NCBI GenBank assembly: GCA_963787975.1
Contig: CAWBEU010000007.1
Span: 429,926-493,925 of the forward strand
From: an uncultured Thermoplasmata archaeon
Lineage (GTDB): Archaea > Thermoplasmatota > Thermoplasmata > Lutacidiplasmatales > UBA184
DNA length: 64,000 nt
Reading direction: 5' to 3'
The notes beneath the pieces were generated by a model, which was given only the letters and a program-made list of their open reading frames with translations, made no database searches and had not been told where the DNA came from. The position numbers were made by a program, and so were the translations under genes. This document shows, piece by piece, positions 28,174-38,721 of the stretch. Position 1 is the stretch's first letter. Each line of letters starts with the position of its first letter.

Positions 28174-29610
28174 TCAGCCCCGCCGCAGGGCGGATTCGAC
28201 CGCGTCGAGCCCGGCGTCGAGCGTCTCCTGCTCGATCGTGAGCGGGGGCTCGATGCGAACGACGTGGTCACCATAATTCCACAGCGGGATCGTTCCGTTC
28301 TGGACGCAGTCCCGGAAGACCCGTCGACCCAACTCCGCATGGGCCTTCCGGGAGCGTTTGTCCTTGACCAGCTCTATGCCGAGGCAAAGGCCCAGACCGC
28401 GCACCTCGCCCACGTTCGGAAGACGCTCCCACTCCTTCATGCGCTTGAGGGCGGCGGCGCCGAGCCGGGCCGATCGTTCGGGGATCTTGTCCCGTCGCAG
28501 TATCTCGAGGGTCTTGCTGGCCGCCGCACAGGCGGCCGGGTGCCCCGCGAAGGTCGTGCCCGCCGCGACCATCGCTTCGCCCATGACCTCCTCCGTGCCC
28601 ATCACCGCGGCGATCGGCATCACTCCGCCCGAGATCCCCTTCCCGATTGCCATCAGGTCAGGGGCCACCCCGAAATGCTCGATCGCCCACATCTTGCCGG
28701 TGCGGCCGAGGCCGGTCTCGACCTCGTCGTCGATGAAGAACCAGTCGTGGGTCTCGCACAGCTTGGCCAGCCCTCGAACGAACTTCGCGGGCGGGATCCA
28801 GATGCCGGCCTCGCAGGCGATCGGCTCGAAGATCACCCCCGCGATCCGGTCGGGTTCTGCCTGCCGCCCGAGGATCTGCTCCTCGATGTACTCGAGTACC
28901 CAGTCCCCGTACTCCTCCTCGCTCATCCCGCGTGGACGCCGGTAGGGAAACGGGTACGGGGCGTGCAACGCGCCGCCCCCCCACGCTTCCCAATATTTTC
29001 GCTCATGGGAGCTGAGGCTGCCGATCAGGTTCGCGCCGATAGAGAGTCCGTGATATTGTCCCAGAAAACTCAAGATCAGCGGTCGGTGACTGGCTTCGAC
29101 CGCGTGCTTCACGGCACCTTCCGCGGCGCCGGTGCCGGAGAGTTCCAGGAAGACCCGGGAGAGATTGGGGGACGGCCGGTTCTCGATCAGCCTCTCGGCC
29201 AGCTCGATCATCGGCAGGTGGGGCGTCATGAAGTACGTCAGGAACCCGTATCGGCGGAGCGCCTCCACGGTCACGTCCAGGACCTCGGGCGGAACGTTCC
29301 CGAGGTTGTTCGTCGCCCATTGGCTCGTCAGGTCGATGTACGTCTTGCCGGAGGTGTCGCGGACCGTCGAACCTGTCGCCCCCGTGACGATGATGCTCGC
29401 CAGGCGGGTTTCTTCCGACCAGAAATACCGGGGAAAGAGTTCTTGGTATCGTGCCCAGTAGTCCGTGCCTTCGCCCTTCCCTCGGCGAGCGGGCGTTCGG
29501 TGGGCCGGCATCGGCGGGCCGAGCCGGAGGGGGCCTTTGTAGATTCCGCCGGGATGGCGGCGTCCCATTGACGCGGGAAAGAGCGTCTCGCGTGGCCCGT
29601 CCCGCGACAT
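28174..29610 (-). CDS. Class-III PLP aminotransferase
   Basis: The GHPAACAAASKTLEIL, FFIDDEVETGLGRTGKMWAIEHFGVAPD and LSGTGAAEGAVKHA motifs match the class-III fold. Start possibly an internal Met. Confidence 0.8.
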   Translation of the reverse strand: MSRDGPRETLFPASMGRRHPGGIYKGPLRLGPPMPAHRTPARRGKGEGTDYWARYQELFPRYFWSEETRLASIIVTGATGSTVRDTSGKTYIDLTSQWATNNLGNVPPEVLDVTVEALRRYGFLTYFMTPHLPMIELAERLIENRPSPNLSRVFLELSGTGAAEGAVKHAVEASHRPLILSFLGQYHGLSIGANLIGSLSSHERKYWEAWGGGALHAPYPFPYRRPRGMSEEEYGDWVLEYIEEQILGRQAEPDRIAGVIFEPIACEAGIWIPPAKFVRGLAKLCETHDWFFIDDEVETGLGRTGKMWAIEHFGVAPDLMAIGKGISGGVMPIAAVMGTEEVMGEAMVAAGTTFAGHPAACAAASKTLEILRRDKIPERSARLGAAALKRMKEWERLPNVGEVRGLGLCLGIELVKDKRSRKAHAELGRRVFRDCVQNGTIPLWNYGDHVVRIEPPLTIEQETLDAGLDAVESALRRG

Positions 29611-29699
29611 GAGCCAGCCCTTCCCATCCCGCCCCCTGTCCGGCCAGAAGGGGCCGAGCCGGGGGACGATCTCCTCTTAGGGCCCGCGTGGACGCGCGC

Positions 29700-31371
29700 C
29701 GTGCGACCACTGGGGGCTGCGGGCGCTCATGCTCCACCCCTATCGTCCGGTATGTGAGGGGGCGGGATCCAAGGTCCTCGAGCACGGCGTGCGCGGCGTT
29801 GTGGCCCGGAGCCCCCATCACACCACCGCCGGGATGTGCCGTTGCTGCGCACAGGTACAGTCCAGGCACGGGAGTCCGGTAGCCCGACCAACCGATGAGG
29901 GGCCGGAACCGAAAGATCTGATCCGGGCTCATGTTGCCTTGGAAGATATTCCCCCCGGACAGCCCCACCGTGCGTTCGATATCCACCGGAGAGATGATCT
30001 CCGAATGTTCAACGGTCCTCCGTATCTCGGGGGCGTACTCCTCGAGCGTCCGCAGCACGATCTCCGCGGCTTCGGGCCGGAAATCGTCCCACGTCGTTCC
30101 TCGCAGCTCGTAGGGAGCGTATTGCACGAAACAGGTCATCGTATGCTTGCCGGGGGGCGCCATCGACGGGTCGGCGGCGCTCTGGAACAGGATGTCCATG
30201 TACGGTCGCTCAGAGAAGCGGCCGTACTTCCCCGCGTCATAGGCGCGCTCGAGGTACTCCATGGAGGGGGCGATCTCCACCTCCCCCTTGTGCGGGCCGC
30301 CCGGGCCGGCCCAGGCGGAGAACCTTGGAAGCCCGTTCAACGCCGCATTGAACTTGAGGGAGGCGCCGTCGCTCCGGAACTTCCGGACCCGATCGAGTTC
30401 CCGGTCGGGTAGAACGTCGGGGGGAGGAGCTTCAGCACGGTCTGCCGGACGTCGAGCGCTGACAACACCACGCGGGCCTCTATCTGCTCTCCTGACTCGG
30501 TCTCGACGCCCACGGCCCGTCCGTCGTGAATCCGCACCTGGCGGACCCCTGTCCGGACTCGAATCGTCGCCCCGAAGTGTTCAGCCGCGCGCGCCATCGC
30601 CTCGGTAATCCGCCCCATGCCCCCGACGGCGAACCCCCAGGCCTGCCGTACTCCGTCGAGGACGGTGGCATTGTGGTGCGCGAGCACGTAGGCGGTTCCC
30701 GGCGTTCGGGGGCCGCACATCTCTCCGATGAGTCCGTTGATCGCCAAGGACGCCTTCAGCTGGTCGCTCTCGAACCATCCGTCGAGAAACTCCTCCACGC
30801 TGAGGAGAAACAGGTCGCGCAGAAGTTCGTCGATCCCTTGGCTCTCGAACTGGGCGAGGAGTTCCGGAAGCGGCGCGGGCGCTCGGAGGAGCAACGGCTC
30901 CAGAATGTCCAGGGTGCGCTCCCAGTACTCCACGTACCGAGGGTACGCCTGGGCGTCGCGCCGGGAGAACTTCGCAATCTCGCGCAGGGTGGCCTCCTCG
31001 TCGCTCCAGACGGTCAGCGATCGACCGTCCGGAAACGGACAGAATTCGGCCGGCGCGCAGGGGAGAGTCCGGAATCCGAACCTCCGAAGCTCCAGATCGT
31101 CGATGATCTCCGGTCGCAGCATGCCCGCGACGTAGGAGTAGGTATTGATCCGGAACCCTGGCCACGGCTCCTCGGTCACGCACGCCCCGCCCACGTGATC
31201 CTGCCGCTCGAGCACGAGGGTCCGGAGCCCGGCTTTGGCGAGGTAGCCGGCGGCGACCAGGCCATTGTGCCCTCCGCCCACTATCAGGGCGTCGTAGCTC
31301 TCCATCCGCGAAGGAGCAGAGGAAGAAGGGGATAGGTCTTCTCGCGCACCACGTCCCGCGACTTGAACCAC
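29700..31371 (-). pseudogene. PYROXD2/CrtI-like FAD oxidoreductase, paralog 2: split by a frameshift in a C6/C7 run near 30385 and lacking an in-frame stop after the conserved C-terminus
   Basis: N-half 30337..31371 ([16 protein letters not shown]) ends in junk. The correct continuation LLPPDVLPDRELDRVRKFRSDGASLKFNAALNGLPRFSAW is in another frame. The C-half (in ORF 29003..30340) reads through AVLEDLGSRPLTYR... for about 230 codons into the aminotransferase gene. A 1-nt change in cccgccccc would restore a stop. Confidence 0.6.
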
Positions 31372-31442
31372 CCTTTCCCATCCCGCCTTCTATCCCGTCT
31401 GAGAGAACAGCACCCGACGGTATTCTCGCGTGCCGGCGGGGG

Positions 31443-33002
31443 TCAACCTTTCTTCAGGGCTGGCAGGTCCTCGAGGATTGCTTGCGCGCCGTTGTAACCG
31501 GGCGCGCCCGTGACGCCGCCGCCGGGGTGGGCCGTGGAGCCGCAGAAGTAGAGCCCGGGGATCGGCGTCCGGTAGTTCGCCCAGCCCAAGATCGGTCGGT
31601 ACGAGAAGATCTGGTCGGGAGTGATGTCTCCCTGGAAGATGTTCCCGCCGGACATCCCGAGGGTGTTCTCGATGTCCTCCGGGGAAACCACCTGCCAGTG
31701 CGTGACCTGCTTCCGGATGTCCGGCGCGAACTCGGCGATCGTGTCGAGGCACCGCTCGCCGGCCGTCGGCTTGAACTTCGACCACGTCGTTCCGGAGAGC
31801 TCCCGGGGCGCGTACATCACGAAGCACGTCATGACATGCTTCCCGGGCGGGGCCATCGTCGGGTCCGATGCGCTCTGGAACTCGATGTCGAGGAACGGGT
31901 GCGTGGAGAAGTGACCGTACTTCGCATCGTCGAAGGCCTTCTCGAGGTATTCCATGGACGGAGCGATCTCGATGGCGCCCCGGTGGTGAGGTCCGGGGCG
32001 ACCGGGAGCCGCCGTGAACTCCGGTAGGTCATCAAGGGCGGCGTTGAACTTGAGCGCCGCGCCGCGGGTCTTGAACCGCTCGGCCTGCCGCCGGATCTCC
32101 GCCGGCACCGCGTCGGCGGGCGTCAGCTCGAGGAGGGTGCGCTTCACATCGAGGTTCGACGCGACGGCCGTGGCGTGAATTTGCTCGCCCGTTGCGGTTT
32201 CCACGCCGACGGCCTTCCCGTTCTGGAGGAGGATCTGGCGTACCCCGACGCCCGTCCGTATCTCGACCCCGTGATGCCGCGCCGATGCGGCCAGGGCTTC
32301 GGAGATCCGGCCCATCCCGCCCTTGGAGAACCCCCAGACCTTGCGCTGTCCTTCCAGGACGCCGATGTTGTGGTGGGCCAGCACGTAGGCGGTCCCGGGC
32401 GTACGGGGACCGCACATCTCCCCAATCACCGCGTTCGTGGCGAAACTGATCTTGACCTCGTCGCTCTCGAACCACTCGTCCAGGAAGTCCCACGCGCTGA
32501 GGAGGAACAGCTCGCGGACGAGCTCCTCGGCCTGGGGTCCCTCGAACATCCCCACGAGTTCCTGGAGCGGAACCGGTGGAGCCAGAAGCAAGGGCTCGAC
32601 GAGGTCGAGCACGTTGTCCCAGTACTCTTCGTACTTCGGGTAGATCGCGGCGTCCTTGGCCGAGAATTTGGCGATCTCCTTCTGCGTTTTCTCCGTGTCG
32701 TTCCAGAGGCTCAACGACGTGCCATTCGGGAACGGCACGAACGACTGCGGGTCGTACAGGATGGTTTCATACCCATAGGATCCTAGTTGGAGGTCCTCCA
32801 CGATCTGCGGGCGCAGAAGGCCCGCGACATACGAGAACGTATTGATCCGGTACCCCGGCCAGGGCTCCTCGGTGACGGCGGCGCCGCCGACGATCGGCCG
32901 TCGTTCGAGAACAAGGACCTTCGCGCCGGCCTTACCCAGGTAGCCGGCCGCGACAAGGCCGTTGTGCCCTCCCCCGATGATTACTACGTCATACAAGGAC
33001 AC
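31443..33002 (-). CDS. PYROXD2/CrtI-like FAD oxidoreductase, paralog 3 (intact); probable GTG/TTG start near 33002
   Basis: [22 protein letters not shown]...[47 protein letters not shown]. The N-terminal 50 codons of the track ORF are likely non-coding. Confidence 0.8.
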   Translation of the reverse strand: MSLYDVVIIGGGHNGLVAAGYLGKAGAKVLVLERRPIVGGAAVTEEPWPGYRINTFSYVAGLLRPQIVEDLQLGSYGYETILYDPQSFVPFPNGTSLSLWNDTEKTQKEIAKFSAKDAAIYPKYEEYWDNVLDLVEPLLLAPPVPLQELVGMFEGPQAEELVRELFLLSAWDFLDEWFESDEVKISFATNAVIGEMCGPRTPGTAYVLAHHNIGVLEGQRKVWGFSKGGMGRISEALAASARHHGVEIRTGVGVRQILLQNGKAVGVETATGEQIHATAVASNLDVKRTLLELTPADAVPAEIRRQAERFKTRGAALKFNAALDDLPEFTAAPGRPGPHHRGAIEIAPSMEYLEKAFDDAKYGHFSTHPFLDIEFQSASDPTMAPPGKHVMTCFVMYAPRELSGTTWSKFKPTAGERCLDTIAEFAPDIRKQVTHWQVVSPEDIENTLGMSGGNIFQGDITPDQIFSYRPILGWANYRTPIPGLYFCGSTAHPGGGVTGAPGYNGAQAILEDLPALKKG

Positions 33003-33105
33003 GCGCGGGGCAGCCCGGTTCCGATATTTAAGGCGCGGCTCGTCCCACGAACGAACTCGAAACGCACGGCGCGTGATATTAAGCGAGGGTCCGGTTCCGG
33101 GGGAG

Positions 33106-33955
33106 ATGGACCCGATCCTGCTCGGGGTCCCGTGGGACGCCACCACTCTCGGTCGCAAGGGGGCTCGCCTCGCACCGGCCGCTATTCGGGAGGAGCTTCG
33201 GCGCCGGCTTCACCCGTACGACGCAACTGCAGGTCGGACGGTTCGTTGGGAGGATGCGGGAGACGCATCCATTGGTCCCACCCACGACGAGATGCTCGAG
33301 GGCGTGAGCGCCGCCGTGTCCGACCGGTGGAAGGCGGGTGCCCGACCGGTGATCGGTCTCCTCGGCGGCGACCATGCCGTCGCGTACGCCGGGATCCGGG
33401 CGGTCCGGCGCCTTCTTTCCGAATCTCATGGTCATTAGCCTGGATTCGCACCTCGACCTGCGGCCTCGAGACCAGGGCCCGTCCAACGGAAACTGGGCGC
33501 TTCGCATGATCGAGGACTTTCAACGGCCGCTGGTGGAGTTCGGCCGAGGACGTTTCTCGAATGACGAGGAGTTGTTTGAGACGGCCCGGAAGGGGGGCGT
33601 CCACCTCGTGTCCGCGAGCGATCTCCGTCGGCAAGGGGTGTCGCGGGCGGTGGAGCCGGTGGAGGCGACGACCCGGAAGGATCGCGACGTGTGCCTGTCC
33701 ATCGATATCGACGTGGTCCACCAGGCGGCCGCTCCGGGTGCGACCGCTCCATCGGTGCATGGTATCCCGGTCGAGGACCTCTTGGACCTTCTCGATTGGG
33801 CCTCCCGGCGGTTCCGCGTGCGGGCCTTCGACGTCTGCGAGGTCAACCCCCCAGTCGACCCGACCGGGGTGACTGCTCGACTGGCCGGCTACGTAACGCT
33901 GAGCCTCCTGTCGGGACTCGCCCCGGCGGCTGGGAGATCCCCCGCCGGAACCTGA
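33106..33955 (+). CDS. Arginase/agmatinase/formiminoglutamase-family ureohydrolase, with frameshift near 33395-33415
   Basis: ILLGVPWDATTLGRKGARLAPAAIR and GGDHAVAY are in the frame of ORF 32962. PNLMVISLDSHLDLR and SIDIDVVHQAAAPGATAPSVHG (Mn-binding DAHxD and SxDxDxxDP motifs) are in the frame of ORF 33374. Confidence 0.65.
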
Positions 33956-33967
33956 GGGATTTCGCGC

Positions 33968-35680
33968 TTAACCGGGCGTCCGCAATGGAGATTGGTGCAG
34001 GTCCGTGAGGATTACCTGGGCCGCGTTCCGACCGGGAACGCCCGTGACCCCGCCTCCCGGATGGGCCGACGAACCGCACAGGTAGAGGCCGGGGAGCGGC
34101 AGCCGGTAGCCACTGGCGCCCGGGAAGGGACGTAGCGAGAACATCTGGTCGGGCGTCAGGTCCCCATGGAAACAGCTCCCGCCGGTCATCCCGAGAGTGG
34201 TCTCGATGTCCTCCGGCGTGACGACCTGGGCGTGCTCCACGACCTCGCGAATATCCGGCGCATACTCCTCGAGCGTCGACAACACGAGCTCCGCGGCGGC
34301 CGCCCGATGGTCGGCCCAGGTGGTGCCGACGAGCTCCCGTGGTGCGTACTTCACCGAGCAGGTCATGGTGTGATGGCCGGGCGGCGCGACCGAAGGGTCG
34401 ACGGCGCTCTGGAAGAGAACCTCCGCGAAGGGAGGGTCCGACAGGTGGCCCGTCGCCGCCATCGCGTAGGCCCGGTCGAGGTACTCGAGCGACGGGCCGA
34501 TCGTGATCGAGGCTTGGTGGTGAGGGCCGGGCACCTCGGGCCGAGCGGTGAACCGCGGAAGACGCCGAAGCGCCGCGTTGAACTTGAGCGTAGTCGCGTA
34601 GGTCTTGAAGCTACGGACCTGCCGCCGGACCTCCTCCGGCACGGAGTCGGCTGGCGCCAGCCCAAGCAACGTGCGCTTGATGTCGACCCCGGAGGCGACG
34701 GCCCGCGCCTCGATACGGTGACCGGCGACGGTCTCGACGCCGGTCACTCGACCGGCTGCGACCGAGAGCGAGCGCACGCCGACGCCGGTCCGGATCTCCG
34801 CACCGAACCCCTGGGCGGCCCGCGCGAGCGCCTCCGTCGTTCGTCCCATGCCCCCGACCGCGAACCCCCACGCCCCGGCACGCCCCCCGAGCTCGGTGAC
34901 GCTGTTGTGCGCCAGCACGTAGGCCGTCCCCGGTCTCCGGGGGCTGGTGAACGCGCCGACGCACGCGCTGAACCCCAGGGCGGCCTTGAGCTCGTCCGAC
35001 TCAAACCAGTCCGCGAGAAAATCCTCCGCGCTCCGGAGGATCAGGTCGCGCAGAAGCCGCTCGTACTCGGGGCCCCGAAACTGCTCGGCCAGCTCGCGAA
35101 GAGAGGGGGGACTGCCACCCAGGATCGGTTCGAGGAGCTTCAGGATCTCCGTCCAGTGACGGAGGTACCGGGGATAGGCCTCCGCGTCCCGCGGGGAGAA
35201 CCGCGCGATTTCCTTCTGCGTCCGGGCCGTGTCCCCCCACAGCGTGATCGACCGCCCGTCGGGGAAGGGAAGGAATCCTTCCGGGTCATGCGGGATCGTC
35301 CGGTACCCGAGCCGGGACAACCCCAACTCGTCGATCACCTTCGCGCTGAGCATTCCCGCAAGGTAGGCAAAGGTGTTGATCCGGAAGCCCGGCCACGGCT
35401 CTTCAGTGATGCAGGCTCCGCCCACGAACGGTCGCTGCTCGAGTACGACGACCCTCGCCCCTCCCCGGGCAAGGTATGCGGCCGCGGTGAGGCCGTTGTG
35501 GCCGCCTCCGATCACCACGACGTCGTACGTCCGGGCTTCACCTCCCGAAGGTCGGACCGTCGAGCTCAGCCGTAGTTCACCGAGATCAGCTTGACCTCGG
35601 TCATCTCTTCCATCGCGTACCGGAGGCCCTCGCGTCCGAGGCCGCTCTCCTTGACCCCGCCGAACGGCAGTGCGTCCCAC
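33968..35680 (-). CDS. PYROXD2/CrtI-like FAD oxidoreductase, paralog 4 (apparently intact; start uncertain)
   Basis: TYDVVVIGGGHNGLTAAAYL...[41 protein letters not shown]. The ATG at 35680 would overlap the aldehyde dehydrogenase 3' end by about 115 nt, and no nearer canonical start was found. Confidence 0.7.
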   Translation of the reverse strand: MGRTAVRRGQGERPRTRGPPVRDGRDDRGQADLGELRLSSTVRPSGGEARTYDVVVIGGGHNGLTAAAYLARGGARVVVLEQRPFVGGACITEEPWPGFRINTFAYLAGMLSAKVIDELGLSRLGYRTIPHDPEGFLPFPDGRSITLWGDTARTQKEIARFSPRDAEAYPRYLRHWTEILKLLEPILGGSPPSLRELAEQFRGPEYERLLRDLILRSAEDFLADWFESDELKAALGFSACVGAFTSPRRPGTAYVLAHNSVTELGGRAGAWGFAVGGMGRTTEALARAAQGFGAEIRTGVGVRSLSVAAGRVTGVETVAGHRIEARAVASGVDIKRTLLGLAPADSVPEEVRRQVRSFKTYATTLKFNAALRRLPRFTARPEVPGPHHQASITIGPSLEYLDRAYAMAATGHLSDPPFAEVLFQSAVDPSVAPPGHHTMTCSVKYAPRELVGTTWADHRAAAAELVLSTLEEYAPDIREVVEHAQVVTPEDIETTLGMTGGSCFHGDLTPDQMFSLRPFPGASGYRLPLPGLYLCGSSAHPGGGVTGVPGRNAAQVILTDLHQSPLRTPG

Positions 35681-37044
35681 CGCAGCGAAGTGGGGTCGTT
35701 GATGTGGACGCCACCGGCCCGGATCCGCTTGGCGATGGTGAACGCTCGCTTGAGGTCGTTCGTGTAGACCGCCGCCTGCAGACCGTAGGGAGTCCCGTTG
35801 GCGATCCGGATCGCTTCGTCGAGGTCGTGGAACCGCAGGATCGGAACGACGGGGCCGAACGGCTCCTCTTGAGCGACCTTCGATGCGATGGTGACGTCAT
35901 CGAGGACCGTGGGCCGGTAGAAGTACCCCGGGGCCAGTTCCGAGGCCCGCTGACCCCCGAGAAGGATCTTGGCGGAGTGGGACACCGCGTCGCCCACCAG
36001 ACGGTCCATCCGATCCAGCGCCGCGGCGTCGATGAGCGGCCCGACTTGAGTGTCTTCGGAGAGCGCCGGTCCCACCTTCAGCTTCCGTGCGCGTTCGGTG
36101 AAGGCTTGGGCGAATCGGTCGGCGACCACGTCGGAGACCAGCAACCGCTTGGAGGCGGTGCAGACCTGCCCCGAATATCCAAACGCGCCCCGAACGGCCG
36201 CCACGACGGTGAGGTCCAGCGGAGCGTCGTCCAGTACCGATGAACGGGTCCATCCCCCCCATCTCCAGGATCACACGCTTCGCGTGTCGACCGGCCTTCT
36301 CAGCGATGCTTTTCCCGACGACCGTCGACCCGGTGAACGTGATCAGCCGGGTCCGGGGATGCTCGACGAGGGTATCCCCGACCTCTCCCCCGGTCCCACG
36401 ACGACGTTCACCACGCCCTTGGGGAAACCGGCGGCTTCGATGTGTTTCGCGAGCCGGAGGGCCGTCAAGGGGGCGGAGCTTGTCGGCTTGATTACGACCG
36501 GATTGCCGGCGGCCAAGGCGGGAGCCACCTTGTGGGAGAGCAAGTTGAGAGGGAAGTTGAAAGGGCTGATGGCCACGACCACCCCGATCGGGTCTCGCAC
36601 CGAGAAGAGGAACCGTTGCTCGTTGCCGGCGGGATAGACGTACGCGTCGGCGGGGAATGACTCGCCGGTCAGGTGGCGGGCCTCGTCCGCGGCGAGTTGG
36701 TAGACCGTCACGGCACGGGTCGCCTCGACCCGCGCGTCGACGATTGGCTTTCCGACCTCCTGGGCAATGAGCCGGGCCATTCCCGCACTGTCGGCCAGAA
36801 GTCGGTCTGCGAGCGCGCGCAGCAGCCGGGATCGTTCGTGGATCGGTGTCGTGCCCCACGACTCTTCCACGGCGGCGGCCGCGTCGACCGCGGCCGACGC
36901 CTCCTCGCGAGAGGCTACCGAGACGCGGCCTAGTCGGCCGCCGGTCGACGGGTCATGGACCTCTTGCCACCGGTCGGACCTGGACGGAGTCCATTCCCCG
37001 CCGATGAAGAGCAGACCCGTCTCCCCGGACTCTGCCGATGCCAT
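35566..37044 (-). CDS. NAD(P)-dependent aldehyde dehydrogenase interrupted by two 1-nt indels (about 36350 and 36237)
   Basis: N-terminal third in ORF 36343..37044. Middle GTGGEVGDTLVEHPRTRLITFTGSTVVGKSIAEKAGRHAKRVILEMGGMDPF in the frame of ORF 35897..36859. C-terminal VLDDAPLDLTVVAAVRGAFGYSGQVCTASKRLLV... in ORF 35566..36204. The indels are a G-run deletion (gtggg-acc) and a g insertion (atcg-g-tactg). Confidence 0.65.
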
Positions 37045-37066
37045 GACTCCCCGCGCCGGCGGGTCC

Positions 37067-38563
37067 TCAGCCGGGGTCGCCGTAGACGGTGTAGTGCCAG
37101 CTCTTTCGCGCCTGGCCCGTCAGGTCGATGTAGAGGTTCTTCACGACGGTGTAGTCGTTGAGCGAATCCGCGCCGAGGTCCTTCCCGAAGCCGGACTGCT
37201 TGAAGCCGCCGTGCGGCGTCTCCGAGCCCAGCGGCAGGTGGTCGTTGACCCACACATCGCCGAACCGGATAGCGTTCGCGGCGCGGAGCGCGGTGCGCAC
37301 GTTCTGAGTCCAGACGCTGCCCGCGAGGCCGTAGTCGACTCCGTTCGCTATCTCGATGGCCTCGTCGAACTTCTCGAACTCGATCACGTCCAAGACCGGC
37401 CCGAAGATCTCCCGCTGAGCGATCTCCATGTCCGGCGCCACCTGGTCGAAGACCGTGGCGTTGACGAAGGCGCCCTGCTTGAGCTTCCCGCCGGCCTCCG
37501 TGCCGCCGATCCGCAGCTTCGCGCCCTCGCTCTTGCCTTTCTCGACCCAATCGAGCACCTTCTTCTGGTGGCTCGCGTGGACGAGTGGACCCAGGTCCGT
37601 GGACCGGGAAGAGGGGTCGCCGACGCGGACCTGCTTGACCCGCTCCAGCAGTCCCTTCTCAAACTTCTCGCGCACCGACTTGTGGATGATGATCCGGGTA
37701 GCCGCCGTGCAGTCCTGACCCCCGTTCACGTAGCCGCCGACGATGGCTCCCTCGACTGCCGCCGGGATGTCCGCGTCCTCGAAGACGATGAACGGCGCCT
37801 TACCCCCGAGCTCGAGCTGCACGCGCTTCACGGTGCTGCTCGCCGCTTCCATGATCTTCTTGCCGGTCTCTGTGTCGCCCGTCAGGGAGACCATGTCGAC
37901 CTTCGGATTGACGCAGAGCTCGTTCCCGACCTCCGGACCTGGCCCGGTGACGATGTTCAGCACGCCGGAGGGCAGCCCGGCCTCGGTGAACGCCTTGCCC
38001 AGCTCGAGCGTGCTGAGAGGGGTCCAGCTGGCCGGCTTGAGGATGACCGTGTTGCCCGTGACGAGCGCCGGTCCGATCTTCCAAACCGCCATCATGAATG
38101 GGTAGTTCCACGGAGTGATCGACCCGATGACTCCTACCGGCTCCCGCCGGAAGATCGTCGTGCCGTCGCCAAGGAATTCCTGGGGGCTCTTCGCGTCGAG
38201 CGTACGGACCGCTCCGGCGTAGAAGATCAGGTTGTCAATCGAGCCCGGGATGTCAACGTCCGCGGCCTGCTTGATGGTCTTGCCCTGGTTCCGGCTCTCG
38301 AGGTCGGCGATCATGGCGGCCCGGGATTGGAGGATCTGGGCGGCCTTGAGGTAGACCTCGCCCCGCGCACGAGCGGACAGACGCGGCCAGGGCCCCTTGT
38401 CGAAGGCGTCCCGTGCGGCGTCGATGGCCTTCCGGATATCCTCGCGGGTTCCCTTCGGAACCTCCCCGATGGACTTCCCCGTGAACGGGCTCACAACGGA
38501 GATCGTCCCCTCGGACGAAGATTCCACCCACTCGCCTCCGACCAGCATCTTAGAGGTTGCCAT
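37067..38563 (-). CDS. NAD(P)-dependent aldehyde dehydrogenase (intact; betaine-/aminobutyraldehyde-DH-like)
   Basis: MATSKMLVGGEWVESS start. Carries ITPWNYPFMMAVWKIGPALVTGNTVILKP, ELGGKAP, the catalytic Cys in GQDCTAATR, and EIFGPV. Confidence 0.85.
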   Translation of the reverse strand: MATSKMLVGGEWVESSSEGTISVVSPFTGKSIGEVPKGTREDIRKAIDAARDAFDKGPWPRLSARARGEVYLKAAQILQSRAAMIADLESRNQGKTIKQAADVDIPGSIDNLIFYAGAVRTLDAKSPQEFLGDGTTIFRREPVGVIGSITPWNYPFMMAVWKIGPALVTGNTVILKPASWTPLSTLELGKAFTEAGLPSGVLNIVTGPGPEVGNELCVNPKVDMVSLTGDTETGKKIMEAASSTVKRVQLELGGKAPFIVFEDADIPAAVEGAIVGGYVNGGQDCTAATRIIIHKSVREKFEKGLLERVKQVRVGDPSSRSTDLGPLVHASHQKKVLDWVEKGKSEGAKLRIGGTEAGGKLKQGAFVNATVFDQVAPDMEIAQREIFGPVLDVIEFEKFDEAIEIANGVDYGLAGSVWTQNVRTALRAANAIRFGDVWVNDHLPLGSETPHGGFKQSGFGKDLGADSLNDYTVVKNLYIDLTGQARKSWHYTVYGDPG

Positions 38564-38721
38564 ACGAATCGCCGGGGAGCGCCAGCCCGCCACGGTAAAA
38601 GATGTTATCCCAGGGAAACCGTCCTATCGCCCTCTCACCGTTGGGGAGTGGCGCCCGGGCCCCCATCCTAGGGTTTAAGAACGGGGTCCCCCTCTTCGCG
38701 CCGACCGTTGGGAGGGGTTCG

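Noticed and set aside
32962-33105. N-terminal 48 codons of track ORF 32962-33438 overlapping the divergent oxidoreductase paralog 3
   Set aside because: No arginase-family similarity before MDPILLGVPWD. An ATG at 33106 with an upstream purine-rich stretch gives a canonical-length ureohydrolase N-terminus.
38711-38721. GGTTCGA T-loop-like string upstream of the second substrate-binding-protein gene
   Set aside because: It is part of the ggaggggttcg ribosome-binding / start-codon context with no surrounding cloverleaf.
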